This document shows, in pieces, positions 37,361 through 46,110 of a stretch of 60,943 nucleotides of DNA. Source of the stretch: an uncultured Candidatus Saccharibacteria bacterium (GTDB lineage Bacteria > Patescibacteriota > Minisyncoccia > Phycocordibacterales > UBA9973); NCBI GenBank assembly GCA_964639185.1, contig CAZXCN010000005.1, forward strand, positions 1-60,943, in the 5' to 3' direction. Numbering within the stretch: position 1 is the first letter of the stretch; every line of letters starts with the position of its first letter. A program made the translations under genes and the position numbers. Under the pieces are notes generated by a model, which saw nothing but the letters and a program-made list of their open reading frames with translations, was not told the DNA's origin and did no database searches.

Positions 37361-39535
37361 CTATTCAAAATGCATTTCTTTTAGGTTTTTTTCTTTTATG
37401 ATTTGTGACAGGAGGGGGAAGGAGGTTAGTTTCGCGTCTTTTTCTGTAATTTCTCTTGCTGTATTTCTTGCAGCTTCGACAAGCTTTATATTTTTTATTG
37501 CCTCCATTCCAATATCAGTGATACCCCATTGTTTACCACCTGACAATATTCCGGCTCCACGTTGGGCAAGGTCAAGCTCGGCCAGTTCAAATCCGTTGCT
37601 AGCACTTGTCATAGCTTTTAATCTATCTAAGGTTTTTTCGGTTTTTGCATCGGCAAATAAATAACAATACGATTGGTGATTGCTACGAATAACACGGCCA
37701 CGTAATTGATGTAGCTGGGCTAGACCAAATCTTTCCGAGCCTTCTATGATTATAGAAGTTGCATTTGGAACATTCACCCCGACTTCAATAACTGATGTAG
37801 ATACAAGTATGTCTATTTTATGCTCTTTGAATTCCTGCATGATATCCTCTTTCTTTTGTTTAGTCATCTTGCTATGCATGATACCAATTTTGTATTCAGG
37901 GAAAATATCTTTTTGTAATCTCTTTGCTTCTGATGTTACAGATTTTATATTTAATTTATCCTCTTCGTTTTCATCTGGAGCATCAATACGAGGGCATATA
38001 ACATAGGCTTGGCGACCTTCGGACAATTCTTTTTTAATATCATTATATGCAATTGCACGTTTATCTTCGGTGATTATTTTGGTAATTACTTTTTTTCTAC
38101 CAGCTGGCATTTCGTCGATAATAGATAAATCCAAATCACCATATATTGTCAGTGCCAATGTCCGAGGTATTGGTGTTGCTGTCATGGATAAATAATGTGG
38201 TGCATGACCCTCTTTTTTTGCGAGCTTCATACGCTGATTTGTACCGAAGCGATGTTGCTCGTCGATAATAACCAATGCTAAATCTTCGAATTTTACAGAT
38301 TTGGATATTAATGCATGTGTACCTATTAGTATAGGTATTTCACCATTTGCTACCCATTTTAATAATTGACTCTTCGGTATACTCGTCCACGGTGTTTGAG
38401 CCGAGGCGACTTTGGTAGGGAATTTACGACAACCACTTCCTGTAATAAGCCCGATAGATATTCCTGTGTGTTTAAAATACTCAATAAAGCTTTCGAATAA
38501 TTGTGTGGCTAGGACTTCGGTGGGTGCCATATAAGCAACTTGTAAATTACCAAAACTTTGCCCAACAGGCCGATTCTTTATTACAGCATAAGAAACAGTA
38601 GCTGCTACAAATGTCTTGCCACTACCTACATCACCCTCTACAAGGCGTGACATTGGTACATCGCGTTTGATGTCGTCGAATATAGATTCGAGTGCGTTTG
38701 TTTGTGATTTGGTTGGTGTAAATGGAAACCGTGATATAAAATCCTCGACATCTTTCTGAGGTACAGCTAATTTGTACGAGAACAATTCTTCATAAGCTTT
38801 TCTTTCTTGAAAGCGTGCCAGTTGTATAAAGAAAACCTCTTCGAATGCAAAACGTTTGCGAGCAGAATCAGCATGGTTTTTATTTTGTGGCATGTGTATC
38901 CATACCAATGCTGTGTACAAGGACGGAAGTTTATATTTATTGGTTATGTGTTCTGGAATATATTCGATAATATTTTTAATTACAGAATCTTTTAATATTT
39001 TTTGGATTGTGTGATATATCCACTTTGAAGTTACACCACGTGACTCAGGGTATATAGGATAACCAAAATTTGTTTTTGTATTTTCATCTTTTGCAAAAAT
39101 AGAATTATGAGTATCGATCGGTAGGATATCTGTCTTTGATATTTCTGGATTGGTGAGGGTAAGGCCATAGGTTTTATGTATACTAACACGACCTGTTACA
39201 GATACTGTTTGCCCATTTTTTATCATCTTTGCTAGGTATGGTTGATGGAACCATACTATCTTTATGTTGCCTGACATGTCCGACAAGGAAGCTTGACCCA
39301 TAGGAACCTTGCTCTTGAAACTTTTTTTGCTTTCCAATTTTGAAATAGTACCTATGATTGTAGCTATTTCGCCATCCTCTAGTGTGTTTATATTTCGGAT
39401 TTGTGATATGTCTGTATAACGAATAGGGAAGAAATACAATATGTCTCGAATAGACAAAATACCCAAACGAGCCAATCCAGCTTTTTGGTTCTGATCTATG
39501 CGAAAATGGTCTTCTATTTTATCATTTAGTTTCAT
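37361..39535 (-). CDS. recG: ATP-dependent DNA helicase RecG
   Basis: Wedge-domain N-terminus, GDVGSGKT, IIDEQHRFG, MTATPIPRT, QLHQLRGRV. Confidence 0.95.
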   Translation of the reverse strand: MKLNDKIEDHFRIDQNQKAGLARLGILSIRDILYFFPIRYTDISQIRNINTLEDGEIATIIGTISKLESKKSFKSKVPMGQASLSDMSGNIKIVWFHQPYLAKMIKNGQTVSVTGRVSIHKTYGLTLTNPEISKTDILPIDTHNSIFAKDENTKTNFGYPIYPESRGVTSKWIYHTIQKILKDSVIKNIIEYIPEHITNKYKLPSLYTALVWIHMPQNKNHADSARKRFAFEEVFFIQLARFQERKAYEELFSYKLAVPQKDVEDFISRFPFTPTKSQTNALESIFDDIKRDVPMSRLVEGDVGSGKTFVAATVSYAVIKNRPVGQSFGNLQVAYMAPTEVLATQLFESFIEYFKHTGISIGLITGSGCRKFPTKVASAQTPWTSIPKSQLLKWVANGEIPILIGTHALISKSVKFEDLALVIIDEQHRFGTNQRMKLAKKEGHAPHYLSMTATPIPRTLALTIYGDLDLSIIDEMPAGRKKVITKIITEDKRAIAYNDIKKELSEGRQAYVICPRIDAPDENEEDKLNIKSVTSEAKRLQKDIFPEYKIGIMHSKMTKQKKEDIMQEFKEHKIDILVSTSVIEVGVNVPNATSIIIEGSERFGLAQLHQLRGRVIRSNHQSYCYLFADAKTEKTLDRLKAMTSASNGFELAELDLAQRGAGILSGGKQWGITDIGMEAIKNIKLVEAARNTAREITEKDAKLTSFPLLSQIIKEKNLKEMHFE

Positions 39536-39630
39536 TTGCTGTACATTACTAAACCACCTATTGCTATCATTATTATCAATAGTATTATGGCCCTTCTTTT
39601 TTCTTTTGCCGGTATATCGGTGTGTATCAT
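39532..39630 (-). CDS. possible 32-aa single-TM peptide, translationally coupled to recG
   Basis: MIHTDIPAKEKRRAIILLIIMIAIGGLVMYSK. Its TGA overlaps the recG ATG (ATGA). TGtTATAAT lies 6 nt upstream of its ATG. Confidence 0.3.
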   Translation of the reverse strand: MIHTDIPAKEKRRAIILLIIMIAIGGLVMYSK

Positions 39631-39654
39631 TTGTGTATTATAACATCACATAAT

Positions 39655-39685
39655 AAAAAACCCTCCTGTGTTGGGGAGGGCTTTT
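39655..39685 (-). terminator. intrinsic terminator after the response-regulator gene
   Basis: CCCTCC...GGAGGG hairpin flanked by A and T runs. Confidence 0.7.
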
Positions 39686-39691
39686 TATTAT

Positions 39692-40060
39692 TTATTTCTT
39701 TAATACGAGTCTAATTCTATCCATTAATTCATCTAGGGTAAAGTTGGACTTAACCATAAAATCATTTGCGCCCAAGTCTTTTGCTTTCTTTACGTCCGAC
39801 TCTTCGGACAAGTTGGAAAATACAATAACAGGGACATTTTTAGTAGAATCAATTTCGCGGACTTTTTTTAGTATTTCGAAACCGTCAAAATTTGGGAGAA
39901 TAAGGTCTAATAATATAAGGTCAATATTCGGAATCATGATTTTCTTCATTGCATCTTCACCAGAAGCTGCTGAAAGTATTTCGTGATTATCTTTTTTTAA
40001 TTTACCCACTTCCAATGTTTGTAGAAATGTGTCGTCTTCAATTACAAGTATTTTACTCAT
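39692..40060 (-). CDS. single-domain (CheY-like) response regulator
   Basis: DD...D(LILLDLILP)...T/S...K receiver pattern, 122 aa, no output domain. Confidence 0.85.
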   Translation of the reverse strand: MSKILVIEDDTFLQTLEVGKLKKDNHEILSAASGEDAMKKIMIPNIDLILLDLILPNFDGFEILKKVREIDSTKNVPVIVFSNLSEESDVKKAKDLGANDFMVKSNFTLDELMDRIRLVLKK

Positions 40061-40067
40061 ATGACAA

Positions 40068-40817
40068 TTATAACACTTCTTGTTTGAGAGGCAAGGTAAT
40101 AAAGAATGTAGTACCTTTACCTATCTGTGATTCAAACCACATACGACCTTGGTGATGATCTATTATTTTCTTTGCAGTAAATAGGCCTAGTCCTGAACCA
40201 ATAGGGTCCTTGCCAATAGCATTTTCTGAGCGGTAGAATTTGTTGAATATATTTTCTTGATCTTTTTTATCAATACCTATACCTGTGTCACGCACTGATA
40301 TTTCCAGCATGTCGTTATTAGTTTTTGCGGATATAAACACTTTGTCTTCACGAGCGCTGTATTTTATGGCATTTTCTATCAAGTTTTGTAATACGACGCG
40401 AATCATCTCTCTGTCACAATTAATATCTGGAATATTATTGTTATTATTTAAATAGATTAGTTCTATACCTTTTTTATGTGATTCACCAGCAAATTCAAAA
40501 CAAGTTTCTTCTAGTAATTTATTTATATTTATTAATTCAAAGTTGAATACTAAAGCGGTGTCTTCGGTATGGTTTAGCGATAGCATGTTATTTACTAGGT
40601 GTATCATGCGCTCATTACTCTCGAACATTTTTAAAAGGAAATTCTCCTGCTCACTGGAAAGCTCGCCTAGGTCTTTGTCTAGGAACATCTTTACCATCCA
40701 TTTTATTGCTGATAGGGAAGTTCGGAGTTGATGAGCAGATATAGAAATGAGGTCACTCTTTACCGAGTTTATATTTTGCAATCTTTCATTTTCCTTTTTT
40801 AAATCTTCATCTTTCAT
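40068..40817 (-). CDS. soluble histidine kinase (HisKA + HATPase_c only)
   Basis: H-box SAHQLRTSLSAI, N-box LIENAIKYS, G1 DTGIGI, G2 GSGLGL. No TM or sensor domain. Confidence 0.85.
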   Translation of the reverse strand: MKDEDLKKENERLQNINSVKSDLISISAHQLRTSLSAIKWMVKMFLDKDLGELSSEQENFLLKMFESNERMIHLVNNMLSLNHTEDTALVFNFELININKLLEETCFEFAGESHKKGIELIYLNNNNNIPDINCDREMIRVVLQNLIENAIKYSAREDKVFISAKTNNDMLEISVRDTGIGIDKKDQENIFNKFYRSENAIGKDPIGSGLGLFTAKKIIDHHQGRMWFESQIGKGTTFFITLPLKQEVL

Positions 40818-40917
40818 GTGTGTCTTCTTGTAAAATCAATTATATCAAGAAACATTTTTATGCGCTAATTTTGACTCATGCCAATTTTTATGATATATTT
40901 TCAAAAAATAAAGACAT

Positions 40918-41379
40918 ATGGAGATACAAGAACCAAACCCTCAAGAGAAATTACCAGTATTCGTTAAAGAATTCCTTGATATGATCAAGGAACAATTCGT
41001 TGAATTAAATTATTTTTTCGATAATAGTATTCCTGTAAATACAATACAGGAAGAAGAAATTGGAAAAGTTACAGAAGAGTTGGTGGTTGCTGGGACTATT
41101 GTGATAGGGGAATATTTTGTCCCTGGAAAAGATTTTAAAAATCATTTAAAAAAGGTTTTAAGTAAAAAAAATAAAAAATATAAAAAAATTTTTACAAAGA
41201 ACATGTATGTCGATGAGGACATTCAAATAAAACAATTGATTGTTAGTAGGGATGGATCTTTCTTTAATATGATTGTATGTCCTGGTGGGCATGTAGATTA
41301 TATAGGGAAAAATTTATCCAATCTTGTTTTTGCTGGGAAAAAACCTATTCCAGGATATGTCTTAGGTGTAGGATCATAG
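40918..41379 (+). CDS. hypothetical protein
   Basis: ORF only. No motif recognised. Confidence 0.4.
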   Translation: MEIQEPNPQEKLPVFVKEFLDMIKEQFVELNYFFDNSIPVNTIQEEEIGKVTEELVVAGTIVIGEYFVPGKDFKNHLKKVLSKKNKKYKKIFTKNMYVDEDIQIKQLIVSRDGSFFNMIVCPGGHVDYIGKNLSNLVFAGKKPIPGYVLGVGS

Positions 41380-41426
41380 GTGTATAAACTTATTGATGAG
41401 AGTATATGAGTAATAATTAATGTAAA

Positions 41427-41453
41427 AAGGCTTCCGTATGGAAGCCTTTTTTT
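41427..41453. terminator. bidirectional intrinsic terminator
   Basis: AAGGCTTCC-GTAT-GGAAGCCTT plus a T-run. Confidence 0.75.
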
Positions 41454-41468
41454 ATTTGCCAGATTTTA

Positions 41469-42431
41469 TTATTCTTTCTTTAATAATATTAATTTAGACC
41501 CAGATCCCAATATTAACAATACAATTGCAATGGAGAAATGTGGCAAGTGTCCTATTAATTCTAGTGGGCCCAAAAGTATAAGTGTAGTAACCAAAAAGAC
41601 CGCTAGGATTATTGTTGTAGTTCGAGTTACTAAGCCAAGAAGAAAGAAAACTCCAAAAAGTATCTCGACTAAACCAGCGGAAAAAGCGAACCAGTAATTT
41701 GTAAAGTGTTCGAACCCAAGTGTCTGCATAAAGTTCCACTGATAATTTGATAGGAAGTTTTCTGTCAGCGATGGAGCCAGAATCTTCTCTGAGAATCCAA
41801 GTACTATTAGGTTTAAGCCTGTACCTACTCGTAGTATTGGTAGGCCATATTTATGTATATGATGAGTGAGACTTTTAAATATATTAGTTTCTTTTATTTT
41901 AAGCTTTGGTCGGCCTATAATCATTACATATATTGCGAAGCCTATCATTTCAAGAGTATCTAACATTTCCATACCACCATATTGTTTTATTCCAAAAATA
42001 AATAATACGATAATAAGTAACCCGCCTACTTTTTCATAAAGACCGAAAAATAGCATAATACCTGCTAACATCTGGATAGCAAGCATTGTATATCCAATAG
42101 TACCAACGGCTTCTAGATTTGGAGCGAAGATAAAACCTTTGATAGAGAATATGATAAAAGAAAGACCGAATCCAATACTAGCTATTGATAATGCCCACGG
42201 TGCCCACTTCTCTATATATTGATTTATTTTTTGCGGGACCTTTAATTTCTTTTCAAGGTATATACCTACAAGAATTATGATTATAGATATGATGATACCT
42301 ATAATAACAGGCTTGTCTGTTAGCTTGTATGCTGGAACCACTTTCTCCACTTCAGCGAACCACTTTACGTGAGCAGATGCTACAGAAGGGATAGCTAATA
42401 ATAATGCCAAAACATAATATATATTTTTCAT
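41469..42431 (-). CDS. polytopic membrane protein with signal peptide (DoxX-like?)
   Basis: 320 aa with about 8 TM. The family assignment is tentative. Confidence 0.5.
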   Translation of the reverse strand: MKNIYYVLALLLAIPSVASAHVKWFAEVEKVVPAYKLTDKPVIIGIIISIIIILVGIYLEKKLKVPQKINQYIEKWAPWALSIASIGFGLSFIIFSIKGFIFAPNLEAVGTIGYTMLAIQMLAGIMLFFGLYEKVGGLLIIVLFIFGIKQYGGMEMLDTLEMIGFAIYVMIIGRPKLKIKETNIFKSLTHHIHKYGLPILRVGTGLNLIVLGFSEKILAPSLTENFLSNYQWNFMQTLGFEHFTNYWFAFSAGLVEILFGVFFLLGLVTRTTTIILAVFLVTTLILLGPLELIGHLPHFSIAIVLLILGSGSKLILLKKE

Positions 42432-42656
42432 GAATATATTATATAACTATTTTATAAAAAAATGAATTGCGGAGTTAGTGAGTTCAGTACCCACACTCTC
42501 AACTGTTATAAGGCTACTCTAGCACATTTTAGGGTGTCTCATTAAGGCACATGAGTCAGAACCTGTTTATTGAGGGATAAGGGTATTTTTACATTAATGA
42601 GACAAATGAGACACTTTTTGCCCCACATCCCATAACCCTGTTTAGTCAAAATATAC

Positions 42657-42685
42657 TTGACAAATAAGGATATTTATCCTAAACT
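42657..42685 (+). promoter_or_regulatory. candidate promoter of helicase 1 (TTGACA, 17-nt spacer, TAAACT)
   Basis: Read directly. Confidence 0.45.
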
Positions 42686-42705
42686 ATGAAAAAATTATTT
42701 GACAG

Positions 42706-44478
42706 ATGAAGATAACACTTTACGAGTATCAAGAAATTGCATTGGCGAAAGTGCTTCATGCACTCCGTAAATTTGGTAAAGCTTTAATGGTGATGGCCAC
42801 AGGCCTTGGTAAGACGATAGTTTCAGTTAAAATAGCTGAGTTATTTCTCTCGTCTAATCCAGGAAAGCGTATTCTATTTCTTTCCCATGATAATGGTATT
42901 TTAGAGCAATCTTTTAAAAAGTACGAAAGTATTTTAGGAAAGGATTATTCTTATGCACGTTTTTTTGGAAAAAAGAAAAATTGGAATGCGGATAAATACG
43001 ATATCGTATTTGCAACATTTCAATCAAGTCCGCATAAATTATTTAATGCGGATCACTTTGACCTCATCATTGTGGATGAAAGTCATCATAGTCAAGCAGA
43101 TACTTACTTTGAGTGCCTAGAGTATTTTAGGCCAAAGTGGAAACTTGGCATGACTGCGACACCTGACCGAGAAGATGAACAAGATATTCGTTCTATTTTT
43201 GGAAAAGAGGTGGTAAATTATGACCTACCAGAGGCGATGGCTAAAGGTTGGCTTACTCCTGTTGAATACAGAGTGCTTTCTGACGGACTGGACGTAGAAA
43301 AGTTAGAAGCAATTTGTTATGAAGTGCTTGTAGAAAATGTACGAATTACTCAAGGGCAACTTAACGAGCGAATATTTATTCGTTCTCGAAGCGAAGAACA
43401 GTGTAAGCAAATTGTAGATTATACCCAAAATGGGTTAAAAGCAATTGTGTTTTGTCGTAATATTGCTCATTTGGAACACGTTATGGAAATTTTGCCTAAC
43501 AGTGTCGTGGTTCATTCCGAACGTAGTGATGCTGGAAATGACGAAGCCGAAGAAATGTATAGATCAGGTAAAGCATCACATATACTTGTTGTAGATAAAT
43601 ACAATGAAGGTAAAGATTTGCCGGATACTGACCTACTTGTGTTCCTCCGTGATACTGATTCCTATCGGATATGGGCGCAACAACTTGGAAGAGGGCTACG
43701 TTTATTTCCTGGAAAAGATAAAGTAACTGTATTGGATTTTGTGGCAAACATTGATCGTATTAAAAATGTGTACAAACTCATAACACAAATTGGCCAATTT
43801 AATCCTGCGGGAGAGATAGACTCACTGTTGAAGCTTGACTCGCCACTGCATTTAGAAGCAAAAAACTTTACTTTTGATTTTACTTCTGAAATTGTAAACA
43901 TTTTTTCAGTTCTGGAAAGAATTGCTTTACCTTACTATAAAACATGGCAAGAGGCTTCGGTTGGAGTTCAGTTTTTGGGAATACAGTTTGAACCTAAATA
44001 CAGAGAGAAATATAAACAAGACCCAAGACTTCCATCATCCCCAGATCGCCACTATGAAGATTTTCCCGGTTGGCCAATGTTTTTAAGAAACGAGAATTAT
44101 CAAGTATCCTTTAATTTTGTAAAAAATTATAAAACTTGGCAAGAAGCTTCTTTGGCTGCAATTACATTAGGAATAACGAGTAAGCGTGAATATGAGAAGA
44201 ATAGCAAGTTGGATAAAAAATTTCCCTCAACTCCACGTACATACTACAAAGATTTTCCTGGATGGGGTCTTTTTTTAGGAACACTTCGCACTCCAAATGT
44301 AAAGAATAAGGCTTATTATCCTAATATTGAAGAAGCTTCTATTGCTGCCATTAAAATTGGTATTCAGAGCAAAGGATCTTACACTGAAATGTATAAGTTA
44401 GATGAAAAATTGCCATCTACTCCTCATAAATATTATGAAAATTTCCCAGGCTGGCCAAAATTTCTCGGTAAAATCTAA
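42706..44478 (+). CDS. SF2 (ResIII/DEAH-type) helicase with three C-terminal ~55-aa repeats
   Basis: Motif I MATGLGKT, II IVDESHH, III MTATPDR, VI QQLGRGLR. C-terminal repeats Y-K-T-W-Q-E-A-S...LGI...Y...D.(R/K)LPS.P...Y.DFPGW..FLG. Confidence 0.8.
   Translation: MKITLYEYQEIALAKVLHALRKFGKALMVMATGLGKTIVSVKIAELFLSSNPGKRILFLSHDNGILEQSFKKYESILGKDYSYARFFGKKKNWNADKYDIVFATFQSSPHKLFNADHFDLIIVDESHHSQADTYFECLEYFRPKWKLGMTATPDREDEQDIRSIFGKEVVNYDLPEAMAKGWLTPVEYRVLSDGLDVEKLEAICYEVLVENVRITQGQLNERIFIRSRSEEQCKQIVDYTQNGLKAIVFCRNIAHLEHVMEILPNSVVVHSERSDAGNDEAEEMYRSGKASHILVVDKYNEGKDLPDTDLLVFLRDTDSYRIWAQQLGRGLRLFPGKDKVTVLDFVANIDRIKNVYKLITQIGQFNPAGEIDSLLKLDSPLHLEAKNFTFDFTSEIVNIFSVLERIALPYYKTWQEASVGVQFLGIQFEPKYREKYKQDPRLPSSPDRHYEDFPGWPMFLRNENYQVSFNFVKNYKTWQEASLAAITLGITSKREYEKNSKLDKKFPSTPRTYYKDFPGWGLFLGTLRTPNVKNKAYYPNIEEASIAAIKIGIQSKGSYTEMYKLDEKLPSTPHKYYENFPGWPKFLGKI
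43933..44475 (+). repeat. three tandem protein-level repeats (starts about 43933, 44128, 44314)
   Basis: WQEAS / FPGW..FL pattern recurs three times in the translation. Confidence 0.8.
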
Positions 44479-44490
44479 ATTTGTATATTC

Positions 44491-44560
44491 TAATAAAAGA
44501 AAAAAAGAGGCTTTAGAGCACTCTAAAGGGTATCAACTATGTTGATGCCCTTTCTTTATT
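44491..44560 (+). repeat. 70-nt conserved 3' element, copy 1 (two hairpins plus T-run)
   Basis: 66 of 70 nt identical to 48038-48107. Hairpins CTTTAGA-GCAC-TCTAAAG and GGGTATCAAC-TAT-GTTGATGCCC. Confidence 0.85.
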
Positions 44561-44571
44561 TTATTGGCATT

Positions 44572-44598
44572 AAAAAAAACGCTGGGGTTAGCAGCGTT
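44572..44598 (-). terminator. intrinsic terminator of the sigma-factor gene
   Basis: AACGCTG-N7-CAGCGTT with a T-run on the minus strand. Confidence 0.7.
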
Positions 44599-44609
44599 CT
44601 CCTATAGTT

Positions 44610-45959
44610 TTACATGAGAGGTATTGATTTACGAGTCAAATCCTGAAGTTCAAGGTAGCTTTCAATATTAGCAGTCAGTTTTAGTTCATCCATAGGACAC
44701 TTGTTAATTTTAAGTAATCTCCATATACGATTAACTATTTGTCTGATACGTTCTCTTGATAAATCAAATTTTGAACCAATGGAGTAGAAGGTGTAGATTT
44801 CATCTCCATCAAGTTGGTAATACATTGCAAACATTGATTTATCACGATCATCTATTTTCAAGCTTTTAACTGTTGAAATAAAATGGCTAATTTCATCAAT
44901 CTTAGATTCAAGTATTTCTTTTGCTTCCAACAGTTGGTGGGGTGATGCATCAATTGGATCCAGTATAAAATCACTAATCGTGGAGCTTGATTCATCTTCA
45001 TCAGACACTGATTCATCTAAAGAATTCATTTGAGTATGCGTCAAATCAACCAATATCCTAAGGTTTCCAATTTCAGCAGTATGAACAACCAGTTCTTCTT
45101 CAGTCGGTTCTCTTCCTAATTCCTGAGAAAGTTTATGATGGACCTTCCTTAGCTTTATTAGATCTTCCTGTATGTGTACAGGAAGACGGATAATACTTCC
45201 TAAATCCTGAATGGTACGCTGGATCTTTTGCCGTATCCATTGAGTTGCATAGGTGCTAAAAGCAAAACCCAAAGAAAAATCAAATTTTTCAATTGCTTCA
45301 ATGAGGCCGAAATTGCCTTCTTGAACAAGATCCATTAAATCAAAGCAGGGGTTGTGATGATATTTTTTAGCAATAGAAACTATTAACTTTTGATTATGTT
45401 CTATTATTTTGTTTCGAGCTTTAATATCACCACTTTGAGCTGCCTTAATAAGATCATTGAAAACTTCTCGGCTTAAAATTTTATGTTTTCCGCCATTTTT
45501 CATAAACCAATCAAAAGTTTCATCATTTATTACTTTATGAATTTTAGTGGTTTCGTAAAAGTGACTTGAAAACCCTGAGGAATTTCCGAGACTTATAGTG
45601 CCGGAATGATGTTGAGGTTTAGAACTTTTTTCGTTCCTTGCCCTAGTTGCTGTGGTGATTTGTCGTATCTTATCGGGCGTGAGCTCTGTAAGACCTTCTT
45701 TGGCTTGCTGATCGTTTAATCTGGGATATCTAACTATGATACCGTGCTGATTGAAAAAATTGCCAAGTATGTGCATAAGATTAATAAATACTTTACCTTT
45801 CTTTGTAGAATAAGAGATTATCTGACCTACCTGATTAGTTAATATGTATTTATTCGTTTGGGCATCAGCCAAGATATCCTTGGATTTTTGTGATAACTCC
45901 AGTGGTAAAAAACCAAAGGGAGTAAGGTTTTCGTCTATTGGTTTTATTTGCATAGTCAA
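44610..45959 (-). CDS. RpoD-family (group 1/2-like) sigma-70 factor with a ~190-aa unassigned N-terminal region
   Basis: Region 2 DLVQEGNFGLIEAIEKFDFSLGFAFSTYATQWIRQKIQRTI, region 3 IRLPVHIQEDL...LGREPTEEEL, region 4.2 LSRERIRQIVNR. Confidence 0.85.
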   Translation of the reverse strand: MTMQIKPIDENLTPFGFLPLELSQKSKDILADAQTNKYILTNQVGQIISYSTKKGKVFINLMHILGNFFNQHGIIVRYPRLNDQQAKEGLTELTPDKIRQITTATRARNEKSSKPQHHSGTISLGNSSGFSSHFYETTKIHKVINDETFDWFMKNGGKHKILSREVFNDLIKAAQSGDIKARNKIIEHNQKLIVSIAKKYHHNPCFDLMDLVQEGNFGLIEAIEKFDFSLGFAFSTYATQWIRQKIQRTIQDLGSIIRLPVHIQEDLIKLRKVHHKLSQELGREPTEEELVVHTAEIGNLRILVDLTHTQMNSLDESVSDEDESSSTISDFILDPIDASPHQLLEAKEILESKIDEISHFISTVKSLKIDDRDKSMFAMYYQLDGDEIYTFYSIGSKFDLSRERIRQIVNRIWRLLKINKCPMDELKLTANIESYLELQDLTRKSIPLM

Positions 45960-45976
45960 AGATTATTTTGATTATT

Positions 45977-46005
45977 ATCTTAACTTTAAAATGCAATTAT
46001 GTCAA
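45977..46005 (-). promoter_or_regulatory. candidate sigma-gene promoter (TTGACA, 17-nt spacer, TAAGAT on the minus strand)
   Basis: Read directly. Confidence 0.4.
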
Positions 46006-46047
46006 TACCTTCCTGTAATTTTACTTTTCTACAGAAAATAAATTTTC

Positions 46048-46076
46048 TTGACTATTCTAGGAAATAATGTTAAAGT
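46048..46076 (+). promoter_or_regulatory. candidate promoter of helicase 2 (TTGACT, 17-nt spacer, TAAAGT)
   Basis: Read directly. Confidence 0.4.
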
Positions 46077-46110
46077 TTGAAAAATTGAAAATTTAAAATA
46101 ATAGATCTAT

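Noticed and set aside
42686-42709. Seven-codon upstream ORF (MKKLFDR) whose TGA overlaps the helicase 1 ATG.
   Set aside because: Its ATG directly abuts the predicted -10 hexamer, so it would lie upstream of the transcription start if that promoter is real.
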